Virus record (IMG/VR): IMGVR_UViG_3300027816_000051
Coordinates: 124,001 to 188,000 of that record
Length of the DNA stretch: 64,000 nt
Strand: one strand, 5' to 3'
Below are positions 39,589 to 48,645 of the stretch, in pieces; the first letter of the stretch is position 1; every line of letters starts with the position of its first letter. Below the pieces are notes generated by a model. That model had not been told where the DNA came from and did not search any database. It saw only the letters and a program-made list of their open reading frames with translations. The translations under genes and the position numbers were made by a program.

Positions 39589-40368
39589 TTAAAATATGTT
39601 TTTCCAAAGTGTTAATATCTCTTCGTTACTTAATTTAGAAACTTCATTCATAGTCTCTTCATTACCATAAAACTCTGTACCGGTTAAATAACATTCATCT
39701 TTAACCAAACAAGCAACCTCACCCTTTGATGAGTGATATACCTTACCAATCATATCGTACATTTCTTGTTTATTGGTGGTGTGACCGTAATGAATTACTC
39801 TTGGATTCATTAAAGGTTTTACCAATTTGTCAAAATAGTTTTGGTCACCGATGTGACCGAACAAATAGATTTTTTCACACCTGTCTTTTAATGCTCTTTG
39901 TATTGACACATGGGTCTGTTTTCTGTCTTCAATTGTACCAATAATTCCTGCAATATTTCTTACCAGCTCTTTATTTGAAATAATTAAATTTTCTTTGATG
40001 TTTGGTATTATTACATAATCACCCCTGTAATCCGAGTGATATTTTCGATGCTCTTCATGTAAAAACACGCACAGGTCCCAATACTGTTTAATTTTACCAA
40101 CAGGGAACCACCATTTTTCATGACAAGACAAAATAACTTTTTTAACAGGTGGTCTTTCCTGTAGTTGTAAAAAATGGGTAATTACAATATCATCAGATTC
40201 ATACTTTAAATCTTTTTCAATGTTCCCTGATTTACATTTGTCTAAATGGTAATTCTGATTACCGTAAAATGTGCAATCAATACCATTTTCATTTAAGAAA
40301 TTTGTTAAGTTTATAAAAAAAGTGGTAGAACCACCTTTTTCTGTAAATCCCGATACAATTTTTATCAT
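39589..40368 (-). CDS. GT-B-like glycosyltransferase
   Basis: GGSTTFFINL, SCHE, KGEVACLVKDEC (E-x7-E variant). Confidence 0.55.
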   Translation of the reverse strand: MIKIVSGFTEKGGSTTFFINLTNFLNENGIDCTFYGNQNYHLDKCKSGNIEKDLKYESDDIVITHFLQLQERPPVKKVILSCHEKWWFPVGKIKQYWDLCVFLHEEHRKYHSDYRGDYVIIPNIKENLIISNKELVRNIAGIIGTIEDRKQTHVSIQRALKDRCEKIYLFGHIGDQNYFDKLVKPLMNPRVIHYGHTTNKQEMYDMIGKVYHSSKGEVACLVKDECYLTGTEFYGNEETMNEVSKLSNEEILTLWKNIF

Positions 40369-41822
40369 CTTAATTGTTTGATATTTTTTCTAATTTCAGG
40401 TGAGTTTATGTACTGACCTAAGACTTGTTTTAATTCAACATCAACCTTTTCAAATTTTGATGCCATATCAATCATTACCACACTGTTTGTGTCAATGAAT
40501 GTTTTACGTTTTTTAAGTAAAGTTTTCAACGCAAAATCTAAGTTATAAATTGATGTTTCTAAATTAATATCAAACCAATCAATCATTTTTAAATTTGTAG
40601 ATGTAGTGGCAAAAAAGTCACTAATACTACCAAAATTGTTTGGAAAGTGTCCGTGTAAAATATTGAAAAAAGATGATTTGTTTTTAAAAATTAAATTGAA
40701 CTGTTCGTTGTTTTGAACTATATCCAATCCATTTGAAAAAATTGTTCGGTCGTTTTCTAATACTGTAGGAAAGACGCACCCAAAAGTATTTTTTTCACTC
40801 TTAAATATTGAATACATACTTGAGAAAACGTCGTTCAATACGGTAACAGTATCATTACTGAAAAATAACAAATCTGTTTTTGATTCCATAAACGATTCAT
40901 CCCATTTCAGTACTGATAAGTTTTTATTTAATGTATCAAAAAAACCCTCGTAAATTTTAATATTTTCAGATTCAAATTCTCTAATATTGTCTATATTGGT
41001 ATCCGTCGAGATGAGTGAAATCTGTAAACTATCAAACACTGGTAATTTTTTTATGTTTTCAAAAAACTGAATTAAATTTTCATTATCGTTTGATGTTTGA
41101 ACTATTAAATTAAATTTATCTTTAAACTGTTTTGGTTTGGTTATGTCATAATCAATTTTTGGTGTTATATTAATTGGTAGGTTCTCTTTAAATTTTTCAA
41201 TGTAAAATTCCCTATTCTTTTCCCAAGAATCATTGGTCATTCCGATTGATTTGTGAGTGATTCTTATGTTGTATATAACACCGATGTTTACCTCACTTAA
41301 GTGATTGCTAGTACAGAATACCATATCATAAAAATGAAAACCCGGTACTGACTCATCAAAAGTGTGTTTTATTCTGTTTTTGTGGATTCCAATGAATAAA
41401 CCATCCACTAAACAAACTTCGTGAATTGAATTTGGGATTCCATTTGCATATCTCGATTCCCATTTTTTACCCTCATTTTCATGATTAACAATACCAACCA
41501 TTTTGGTATTATCTGTCCACCACCTACCACTCTCATGAATATTGGTTGTACCGGCAACACCGAGAATCCCGTAGTCAGATTCTTCAAAATGTTTGACTAA
41601 TTTTCTACCCCACGAAGTCGTATTAAAGTAAATGTCATCATGACAAAGTACGACAATATCATGAATCGACTCTTGAATAATTTCATTGTAAGTTTGTGAA
41701 AGACTTTTTTCACCATTGTTTACTTTTTCAATAACTTGAACTTTGGGGTGTCCACAAGTTTTTTTTAAATATTCTTGAAATTTTGGGTTGGACTCTCTTG
41801 TACTGTAACCTATTGTAATCAT
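40365..41822 (-). CDS. Two-domain GT2-like glycosyltransferase
   Basis: YN...LCHDD, GVAG, VDGLF, GFHFYD; second, degenerate GT-A-like domain. Confidence 0.7.
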   Translation of the reverse strand: MITIGYSTRESNPKFQEYLKKTCGHPKVQVIEKVNNGEKSLSQTYNEIIQESIHDIVVLCHDDIYFNTTSWGRKLVKHFEESDYGILGVAGTTNIHESGRWWTDNTKMVGIVNHENEGKKWESRYANGIPNSIHEVCLVDGLFIGIHKNRIKHTFDESVPGFHFYDMVFCTSNHLSEVNIGVIYNIRITHKSIGMTNDSWEKNREFYIEKFKENLPINITPKIDYDITKPKQFKDKFNLIVQTSNDNENLIQFFENIKKLPVFDSLQISLISTDTNIDNIREFESENIKIYEGFFDTLNKNLSVLKWDESFMESKTDLLFFSNDTVTVLNDVFSSMYSIFKSEKNTFGCVFPTVLENDRTIFSNGLDIVQNNEQFNLIFKNKSSFFNILHGHFPNNFGSISDFFATTSTNLKMIDWFDINLETSIYNLDFALKTLLKKRKTFIDTNSVVMIDMASKFEKVDVELKQVLGQYINSPEIRKNIKQLR

Positions 41823-41871
41823 TTTTTTGTTTTAAAATATTGATGATAATATAAGAAATAAAATTCACAAC

Positions 41872-42072
41872 TTAAAATTTGGAACCGTTTGGTGCAAGAC
41901 CGTTGTGATTATCAATTTGTTTTCTAAAATCTTCTCTAGTGTTATATAGGTCAAGAGCTCGGTTTACTAATTTTTGTAGATTGATTGAACCATCTACACT
42001 TTTTATCTTAAATCTTTTATAAACATCATCTATGATGTTAACGCTGGTTAGTTTTGTTTGTTGTTTAGGCAT
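41872..42072 (-). CDS. Ribbon-helix-helix DNA-binding protein
   Basis: LTSVNI strand, DDVYKRFK helix, LQKLVNRALDLY helix; start moved to MPKQQ. Confidence 0.6.
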   Translation of the reverse strand: MPKQQTKLTSVNIIDDVYKRFKIKSVDGSINLQKLVNRALDLYNTREDFRKQIDNHNGLAPNGSKF

Positions 42073-42148
42073 AATATAAGTATATAAATTTATATATATT
42101 ATAAAAGACAAAAAATATCGGACAATTTATTAGACTGTCCGATACAAT

Positions 42149-42334
42149 TTATTGTCCTTCTGTGTTTTCTTCGTTAGTTTGATTGTTAATCTCCTCAACC
42201 TTTTTTATGATTTGGTCAAGTTGTTGTTCCATAATTGTAATCTCCTGTGGAGGTGTTGAACCACCTTCGGTTAGTTGAATGTTTACCGTTTGATTACTAA
42301 CAGGTTGGTTTCTTTTTTTACATCCGCATCCCAT
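42149..42334 (-). CDS. Small MGCGCKK protein
   Basis: ORF track; reverse-strand TATTTAT at 42351-42357. Confidence 0.65.
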   Translation of the reverse strand: MGCGCKKRNQPVSNQTVNIQLTEGGSTPPQEITIMEQQLDQIIKKVEEINNQTNEENTEGQ

Positions 42335-42421
42335 GATTTTAAGTTTTTTTATAAATATTTTGGTTTATTGTTTTTTATTCGTTATCTTTTGTAATAATAA
42401 TAAATAGAAAACAATTTGTCA

Positions 42422-43270
42422 ATGGAAATGAATAAAATTTATCAGGGTGACTGCTTAGAACTGTTTAAGGAGTTAAATGACGGTACTGTAGACCTCTTTG
42501 TTACGAGTCCACCGTACAATGTCGGTATTAGTTATGATGTGCACAAAGACGATGCTCCGATGGATGAGTATTTTGAGTGGTGTAAGAAATGGTTATCCGA
42601 AGTTTACCGTACATTAAAAGATGATGGTAGAATTGCCTTGAATATACCATATGAAATAAACGTTAGAGAAAGAGGTGGGAGAATTTTCTTAGTATCTGAA
42701 TATTGGCAGATGATGAAAGAGATTGGTTTTGGATTCTTTGGTGTTGTGGACTTAGAGGAGGATTCTCCACACCGTTCTAAAACAACCGCTTGGGGTTCTT
42801 GGATGTCACCATCATCACCATACATATACAATCCAAAAGAATGTGTAATTCTTGCATATAAGAAAGATTACAAAAAGAAAGAAAAAGGTATATCTCAATG
42901 GTCTTATAATCAGATTGAGGTCGAAAACGAGGAAGGTAATTTTAAAAACAAAAGGGTTTATTCAGATAAAGACAAAAACGAATTCATGGAATTAGTCTTT
43001 GGTCAATGGAAATACTTCAACGACACAAAATCTTTAACTAAAGCCACATTCTCCATGGACATCCCAATGAAAGCAATAAAAATACTTTCCTATCAAAATG
43101 ACCTGATTGTTGATTGTTTTTCAGGAAGTGGAACCACCGCTTTGTCAGCTAAGAAGCTGAATAGAAATTATATTGGTTTTGAGTTATCAGAATCTTACAC
43201 AAAGATATCTCAACAGAGATTGATTGATTATGATAACCAAAAGAAACAACTGGTAATGTTTGAAGAATAA
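42422..43270 (+). CDS. Beta-class N4-C/N6-A DNA methyltransferase
   Basis: GDCLE, TSPPYN (motif IV) before DCFSGSGTT (motif I). Confidence 0.88.
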   Translation: MEMNKIYQGDCLELFKELNDGTVDLFVTSPPYNVGISYDVHKDDAPMDEYFEWCKKWLSEVYRTLKDDGRIALNIPYEINVRERGGRIFLVSEYWQMMKEIGFGFFGVVDLEEDSPHRSKTTAWGSWMSPSSPYIYNPKECVILAYKKDYKKKEKGISQWSYNQIEVENEEGNFKNKRVYSDKDKNEFMELVFGQWKYFNDTKSLTKATFSMDIPMKAIKILSYQNDLIVDCFSGSGTTALSAKKLNRNYIGFELSESYTKISQQRLIDYDNQKKQLVMFEE

Positions 43271-43272
43271 AA

Positions 43273-43641
43273 TTAACGGACAGGATTCATAGGTGTTCCC
43301 AAATACATATTAACTCGGTCACCTTCTTTAAATTTATCAGTAACACCGGCGGGAAACTCAATAACATGGTCACCTATGCCGGTGTATCTTTTTGGGTTCA
43401 ATTCATTTTGACCAGCGGGTTCACAATTTCTATGTATTTTACTGATTCTATTTTTCAATACAAAAACAATATCCAAAGGTATTAAACAGTTTTTCATCCA
43501 AAAAGAATGGTGACCAACACCACCCATATTAAAAACCATACAACCATTTAAATTATCTCTACCCATCATACCTTGACTAATTTCTTCAGGTTCGGATAGG
43601 TATTCCGCAGGGAACTTTGTATTATTAATAATCACTGACAT
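43273..43641 (-). CDS. DUF192 family protein
   Basis: GMMGR, GCMVF, SFWMKNCLIPLDIVF, VIEFPAG; start moved to MSVIIN. Confidence 0.8.
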   Translation of the reverse strand: MSVIINNTKFPAEYLSEPEEISQGMMGRDNLNGCMVFNMGGVGHHSFWMKNCLIPLDIVFVLKNRISKIHRNCEPAGQNELNPKRYTGIGDHVIEFPAGVTDKFKEGDRVNMYLGTPMNPVR

Positions 43642-43654
43642 ATTTTTATAAATA

Positions 43655-43686
43655 TTTGACTTTATCATATTTGTTTACTATATTTT
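43655..43686 (+). promoter_or_regulatory. Early promoter TTTG-N20-TATATTTT (TTGACT-N17-TATATT)
   Basis: Overlaps the divergent reverse TATTTAT motif at 43648-43654. Confidence 0.6.
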
Positions 43687-43692
43687 AATATC

Positions 43693-43938
43693 ATGAAAGG
43701 ACTATTCAACGACCAATTAAATTTTGACAATAATGATGAATTGGAAATGGTTTTAGATAATTTAAACCCACAGATGGCAATTCAAATTATTGAAATGGGT
43801 TTACAACATGGTCATTATTCCGGTGTTTTTAACATGAGGGAAACACACACGTTATATAAAACAATTCAATACTTAAAAACATATGAATATAAGGACAATA
43901 ATTTACGTACTGATGATTCTGACGGGAATCATAATTGA
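43693..43938 (+). CDS. Hypothetical protein
   Basis: ORF track. Confidence 0.55.
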   Translation: MKGLFNDQLNFDNNDELEMVLDNLNPQMAIQIIEMGLQHGHYSGVFNMRETHTLYKTIQYLKTYEYKDNNLRTDDSDGNHN

Positions 43939-44059
43939 AAAATACGGAATGAACACCAGTAATCCCGAGATTGAAAAATATTTTGGATTTGGTATAATTT
44001 CTCTTGGTTCATTCAATATAGTTTTAGATTATTTAAAAAAGAAAAAAAATGTCAAATAA
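43883..44059 (+). CDS. Small membrane protein, not in the ORF track
   Basis: 58-aa MNIRTIIYVLM...; two hydrophobic stretches; fills the gap. Confidence 0.55.
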   Translation: MNIRTIIYVLMILTGIIIEKYGMNTSNPEIEKYFGFGIISLGSFNIVLDYLKKKKNVK

Positions 44060-44258
44060 AGAAAAGAAATACATCACGGATTTTTTTGTAATAAGAAAGA
44101 AATACCATTGGTTTCTTTTACCAACTCCCATATTTTACTACCGTAAAGACACGTTTTTTGAAACCGGTGCAACCTCACCAAGCTGGGGTTTGGCTTTGAG
44201 ATTCTTAATTTTTATGGTCGGTATTCAGATACAGAAAAACATATATTATAAAAAATGA
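44049..44258 (+). CDS. Hypothetical protein
   Basis: ORF track; ATGA junction to GS. Confidence 0.55.
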   Translation: MSNKEKKYITDFFVIRKKYHWFLLPTPIFYYRKDTFFETGATSPSWGLALRFLIFMVGIQIQKNIYYKK

Positions 44259-45379
44259 AAACAAAAGTAGAATACGTATGGCTTGATGGGTATTCCCCTG
44301 AGCCAAATCTCAGAAGTAAAATAAAAATTGTGGACCTACCGGCACCATTTGAATTGAAACACATCCCCAATTGGGGGTTTGACGGAAGCTCAACTAAACA
44401 AGCGGAAGGTAACTTTTCAGATTGTTATCTTAAGCCAGTAAAATTATATCATACAAATAGTTCACTTGATACAGTATATGTATTATGTGAGGTTTTAGAT
44501 GGTAATAATGAAATTCATCCATCAAATCATAGAGCAAAAGTAGGTGAGGAAGATGTAAATTTTTGGGTTGGATTTGAACAGGAATATTTTATTCGTTCTT
44601 CACATAATAATCCAATTCTTGGATTTGAAAGAAATGGTATCATTGACGGTCAAGGAATTTATTATTGTGGTGTAGGTGGACATATTGTTGGTCGAAATAT
44701 TTCTGATGAACATTTGAACATGTGTTTAAAATATGACATCAATGTGGAGGGAACCAATTCAGAGGTTGCATTAGGTCAATGGGAATACCAAATTTTTGCA
44801 ACAGGTAAAATTGCCGCTTCTGATGATTTATGGATGAGTAGATATTTTTTACATAAAATTGCTGAGAAATATGGTCGTTCTATTGAGTTACATCCCAAAC
44901 CGATGACCCACGGAGAATGGAACGGTTCAGGTTTACATACAAATTTCTCAAATCAAAAAATGAGAGAAGAGGGTGGTGAACAATACTTCAATGCAATTTT
45001 TAGGTCTTTTGAATCAAGAACACAAGAACATATTGACTCTTATGGTTCTGATAACCATTTGAGATTAACAGGTCATTTTGAGACACAATCTATTGATAAA
45101 TTTAGTTGGGGTGTCTCAGACAGAGGTGCATCTATCCGTGTACCAAAATCCGTTGGTGAGACATGGAAGGGTTATCTTGAAGACAGGAGACCAGCATCAC
45201 ACGCGGACCCATATAAAATCGTTAAAGTGATTAGTGATAGTTTATCATTAGCCGAAGAATTAAATAATGTTCATCACATGATGAATGTTGAAATAGACAC
45301 CGAAAAAATTGTAAATAAATACGGTACACTTTCAGGGGAGGAACTCTTGGAAAGTTATCGAAAAGATGAAGAAGAATAA
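44255..45379 (+). CDS. glnII: Glutamine synthetase type II
   Basis: EYVWLDG, WGFDGSST, GFEQEY, EVALGQWEYQ, WNGSGLHTNFS, RLTG, RGASIRVP, YLEDRRP. Confidence 0.92.
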   Translation: MKTKVEYVWLDGYSPEPNLRSKIKIVDLPAPFELKHIPNWGFDGSSTKQAEGNFSDCYLKPVKLYHTNSSLDTVYVLCEVLDGNNEIHPSNHRAKVGEEDVNFWVGFEQEYFIRSSHNNPILGFERNGIIDGQGIYYCGVGGHIVGRNISDEHLNMCLKYDINVEGTNSEVALGQWEYQIFATGKIAASDDLWMSRYFLHKIAEKYGRSIELHPKPMTHGEWNGSGLHTNFSNQKMREEGGEQYFNAIFRSFESRTQEHIDSYGSDNHLRLTGHFETQSIDKFSWGVSDRGASIRVPKSVGETWKGYLEDRRPASHADPYKIVKVISDSLSLAEELNNVHHMMNVEIDTEKIVNKYGTLSGEELLESYRKDEEE

Positions 45380-45385
45380 AATACC

Positions 45386-45550
45386 ATGGGAAAAAAAGAC
45401 AAAGAACATAGAAAAAAAGTTCAAGCTCGTAATCAAAGATTAAAGAGAGAAGAGTCCACATTGATGAATTTATTTAAGAAAATGCAAGAGACTAAAAATT
45501 CTGAATCAATAAATCAAGAATCGGAATCAAATAAAAATCAAGAAATATAA
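45386..45550 (+). CDS. Small basic protein, not in the ORF track
   Basis: 54-aa MGKKDKEHRKKVQARN... Confidence 0.55.
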   Translation: MGKKDKEHRKKVQARNQRLKREESTLMNLFKKMQETKNSESINQESESNKNQEI

Positions 45551-45557
45551 ATTAATT

Positions 45558-45728
45558 ATGGTAAGTCAACAAATTTTAGATACGTTCATTTATGAAACAT
45601 TAAACGGACAATTTGGTGTGTCCGACCCAACAGAATTTGACCAAACTATTGGGGTTTTTGCAACTAAAATAGAAGCGGAAAACGCATTAAAAGAATACAT
45701 TATTAGAGAACAAATAACTTTTGAGTAA
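45558..45728 (+). CDS. Small protein, not in the ORF track
   Basis: 56-aa MVSQQILDTF...; TAATG coupling to the next gene. Confidence 0.55.
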   Translation: MVSQQILDTFIYETLNGQFGVSDPTEFDQTIGVFATKIEAENALKEYIIREQITFE

Positions 45729-46156
45729 TGGAATTTTTGAATTCACACCCCATAAAAAAGTCGGATTTAGGATTCCACGGAAATTTATTCGGTGGAAAAC
45801 TTTTAGCGTGGATTGACGCGGCGGCTGCGGGATACTCCATGCAATTGTGTGATTCACCAAGATTAGTTACCGTATCAATTGATAAATGTTTTTTTGAAAA
45901 ACCAGCCAAAGAGGGTCAGTTGATTAAAATTTACGGGTCACCAAGTAAATTAGGGAATACTTCAGTTACCTTGTATATGGAAGCAAGAGCACATAATGTT
46001 TACACAGGTAACCAAATTGTCATCTTGAAAACAAACATAAGGTTTGTTAGGATTGATGAAGAAGGTAATCCGGTACCAATTGGTGAAAAAGGTAGGAGTA
46101 GAATTCAAAAATTAATTGACATAAGAGATTCTGAACAAAACGATGTCAACCCTTAA
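45728..46156 (+). CDS. Acyl-CoA thioesterase (hotdog fold, YciA-like)
   Basis: HGNLFGGKLLAWID, VTVS, GNTS, FVRIDEEG. Confidence 0.85.
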   Translation: MEFLNSHPIKKSDLGFHGNLFGGKLLAWIDAAAAGYSMQLCDSPRLVTVSIDKCFFEKPAKEGQLIKIYGSPSKLGNTSVTLYMEARAHNVYTGNQIVILKTNIRFVRIDEEGNPVPIGEKGRSRIQKLIDIRDSEQNDVNP

Positions 46157-46316
46157 AAGACAATATAAAATTTACATTAAACAAAATCCCAACTCAAATC
46201 TTTCTTATGAGGAATGGGAAAAAAATTTTTTGGAAAATTTGAAATTGGGTATGGAATTAGGTGACGATTTTTCAGATTGGGACGTAACTTTAATGGACGG
46301 TTTGGAGGATGAATAA
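46143..46316 (+). CDS. Small acidic protein, not in the ORF track
   Basis: 57-aa ...DDFSDWDVTLMDGLEDE. Confidence 0.55.
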   Translation: MSTLKRQYKIYIKQNPNSNLSYEEWEKNFLENLKLGMELGDDFSDWDVTLMDGLEDE

Positions 46317-46713
46317 AAAGAAACCTGATATTGTTGTTTGGGATGAAACAAATGGGTACGACGCTAATAGAAAGCATTATCCTACCAGTATCGGTTCGCC
46401 AAAATTTGAATTACCTAATGTGGGTCTCGTAAAAAAAGAGTCCTCAAAAAAAATGATTGATGTCTTTAATCGTCAAAGAGAAGAAATCATTCAATCAATA
46501 GAAAAACTTCAAAGAGAGTATGTGGATTCAATAATGGTTTGGGAATCAAAAATTTCTTTTGACCCAATTGTTGGTGAAACATATTACTTATATAATTTTA
46601 ATGGTGTAAATACATTATCATTATTATCACCAAAAGATTGGAATCGGGGTGACGATTTTATTGGTGCTTTTACATTAAATTCAGATAGAAAATGGGTTAG
46701 AAATGAAAGGTAA
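46309..46713 (+). CDS. DUF2452 family protein
   Basis: YPTSIGSPKF, SFDPIVGETYYLY, LSLLSPKDW. Confidence 0.7.
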   Translation: MNKKKPDIVVWDETNGYDANRKHYPTSIGSPKFELPNVGLVKKESSKKMIDVFNRQREEIIQSIEKLQREYVDSIMVWESKISFDPIVGETYYLYNFNGVNTLSLLSPKDWNRGDDFIGAFTLNSDRKWVRNER

Positions 46714-47317
46714 ATTAATATATCAAAAAAAATCTGACGAACTTATTAACAGTGTCGAAGGATGGTTTATTGTTTCTGAAGATTCATCAAAGAATTTTGA
46801 AGCATCAAAAGAAACTTTAGAAAAAATAAAAAGCGGAAAATATGATGTAAAAGACGGTGATGAAGTCGAGTATGTTTTAAAAACAAATTGTCAAGTAATG
46901 TACGATGATATTTTTCATAGTACAATTGCTGACATCATAATAACGCAAAAAATGGTTAGTCGGGTTTTTCTGATTGATATTGATGGGACAATTTGTGACG
47001 ACATTAAAAATGAAGATTCACATCTTTATCCGACAGCTAACCATTACCCAAACGCGTTGGGTATCATCAACAAATGGTACGATGAGGGAAATGTAATTAC
47101 ATTTTTTACCGCTCGTGAAAGTAAAGACCGTGAAGTAACCGAAACATGGTTAAAAGAAAAAGGTTTTAAATATCACGGATTGGTTATGGACAAACCAAGA
47201 ATCAAAGATGACCAAGAATATGTGTGGATTGATAATAGAAAAGTCAGAGCGATTACGTATCTTGGAACGTGGTCTGAATTAAAAGAAGTAGACGCAAAAA
47301 TTCAAACATTTGAGTAA
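46703..47317 (+). CDS. Unknown N-domain fused to a HAD-superfamily phosphatase
   Basis: LIDIDGT, FTAR, MDKP, WIDN. Confidence 0.7.
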   Translation: MKGKLIYQKKSDELINSVEGWFIVSEDSSKNFEASKETLEKIKSGKYDVKDGDEVEYVLKTNCQVMYDDIFHSTIADIIITQKMVSRVFLIDIDGTICDDIKNEDSHLYPTANHYPNALGIINKWYDEGNVITFFTARESKDREVTETWLKEKGFKYHGLVMDKPRIKDDQEYVWIDNRKVRAITYLGTWSELKEVDAKIQTFE

Positions 47318-48642
47318 TGAACAAATTAGATAAACAATACACAGACTTACTCCAAACTATTATAGATTATGGGGTAGAAAAGAAAGACCGTACAGGTACA
47401 GGAACCAAATCTATTTTTGGTTATACAATCCGTCATAAAATGTCCGATGGGTTTCCATTACTTACAACCAAGAAAATGGCGTGGAAGACGATGGTAACCG
47501 AATTGTTATGGTTCCTTCGTGGTGATACAAACATCAAGTTCCTTGTTGATAACAATTGTCATATTTGGGATGGTGATGCGTATAAGAACTATCTAATTGA
47601 AGATGCCAAAATCTTACCTAATATGTCAAAAGAAAAAATGTTAGAGTTAGGATTTCGATTAACAAAAGAAGAATTCATCAACAAAATAAAAACCGATGAT
47701 GAGTTTGCTAAGAAGTGGGGTGACCTCGGACCTGTGTATGGTAAGCAATGGAGAAGATGGGGTAGAAAGAATGTGACTAATTACGACTTAAAGGATGTAA
47801 AAGGTTCTGACCAACACAGAGTACTAAAAGCAATTGAAATCGGTGAAGATGTTACCAAGTATGGTGTCAAAATAGAATACCAAAACAATTCAATAGACCA
47901 AATCACAAACCTAATCAACGACCTTAAAACAAATCCAGACTCAAGACGATTAATGGTCAATGCTTGGAATGTTGGAGAGCTGGACCAAATGGTTCTTCCA
48001 CCTTGTCATTATGGATTTCAAGTTTATACGAGAGAGTTGAGTTTAGATGAAAGGATTAATTATTATAACTCAACAAAAGACCCTTTAAATCAAAGTAGTG
48101 ATTATCACGATGTTCACATGGATAGTTTAAGAGTTCCTAAACGAGCAATCTCTTTAATGTGGAATCAACGCTCAGTAGACACATTCTTAGGTCTACCATT
48201 CAATATTGCTTCTTACGGTTTGTTACTTGAGATTATTGCTAAAGAAGTAAATATGGTACCTGATGAGTTGATTGGTAATTTAGGTGATACTCATTTGTAT
48301 AGTAACCATGTTGAACAAGCAAGAGAACAAATCGGTAGAAAGTATACACATGAAGAGAGAGAAGGTATGTTAAAAGAGGCGATGGGTCCTAATGGTTATA
48401 AAAGTGCGTTGAAAGACTTAGCACCATTTGGTGGAGGTATGTCTGAATATTATGAGATATATAAAATACCACGATACACAAGAGAACCTTATAAATTACC
48501 CAAACTAAAACATATGAAGACCGATGAATTTTATAAATCATTATCTGAAGACTCATCTTTAATAACTCATTTGGAAAATAAGGATTTTCAAATCGAAAAT
48601 TATCAATCACACCCATCGATTAAAGCACCCTTAAGTAATTAA
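47317..48642 (+). CDS. thyA: Thymidylate synthase with insertions
   Basis: DRTGTGT, ELLWFLRG, LGPVYG, DSRR, LPPCH, QRSVD, GLPFN, HLY. Confidence 0.93.
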   Translation: MNKLDKQYTDLLQTIIDYGVEKKDRTGTGTKSIFGYTIRHKMSDGFPLLTTKKMAWKTMVTELLWFLRGDTNIKFLVDNNCHIWDGDAYKNYLIEDAKILPNMSKEKMLELGFRLTKEEFINKIKTDDEFAKKWGDLGPVYGKQWRRWGRKNVTNYDLKDVKGSDQHRVLKAIEIGEDVTKYGVKIEYQNNSIDQITNLINDLKTNPDSRRLMVNAWNVGELDQMVLPPCHYGFQVYTRELSLDERINYYNSTKDPLNQSSDYHDVHMDSLRVPKRAISLMWNQRSVDTFLGLPFNIASYGLLLEIIAKEVNMVPDELIGNLGDTHLYSNHVEQAREQIGRKYTHEEREGMLKEAMGPNGYKSALKDLAPFGGGMSEYYEIYKIPRYTREPYKLPKLKHMKTDEFYKSLSEDSSLITHLENKDFQIENYQSHPSIKAPLSN

Positions 48643-48645
48643 ACT

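Noticed and set aside
29713-41822. Host chromosomal O-antigen locus or chimeric contig
   Set aside because: No wzx/wzy/wzz or membrane GT seen; composition appears similar to the flanks; bounded by phage-type genes and a shared terminator
47317-48642. dUMP/dCMP hydroxymethylase for DNA hypermodification, or an intein or intron in thyA
   Set aside because: The canonical PCH and PFN residues indicate a normal dTMP synthase; no intein termini or LAGLIDADG/HNH motifs; the frame is unbroken
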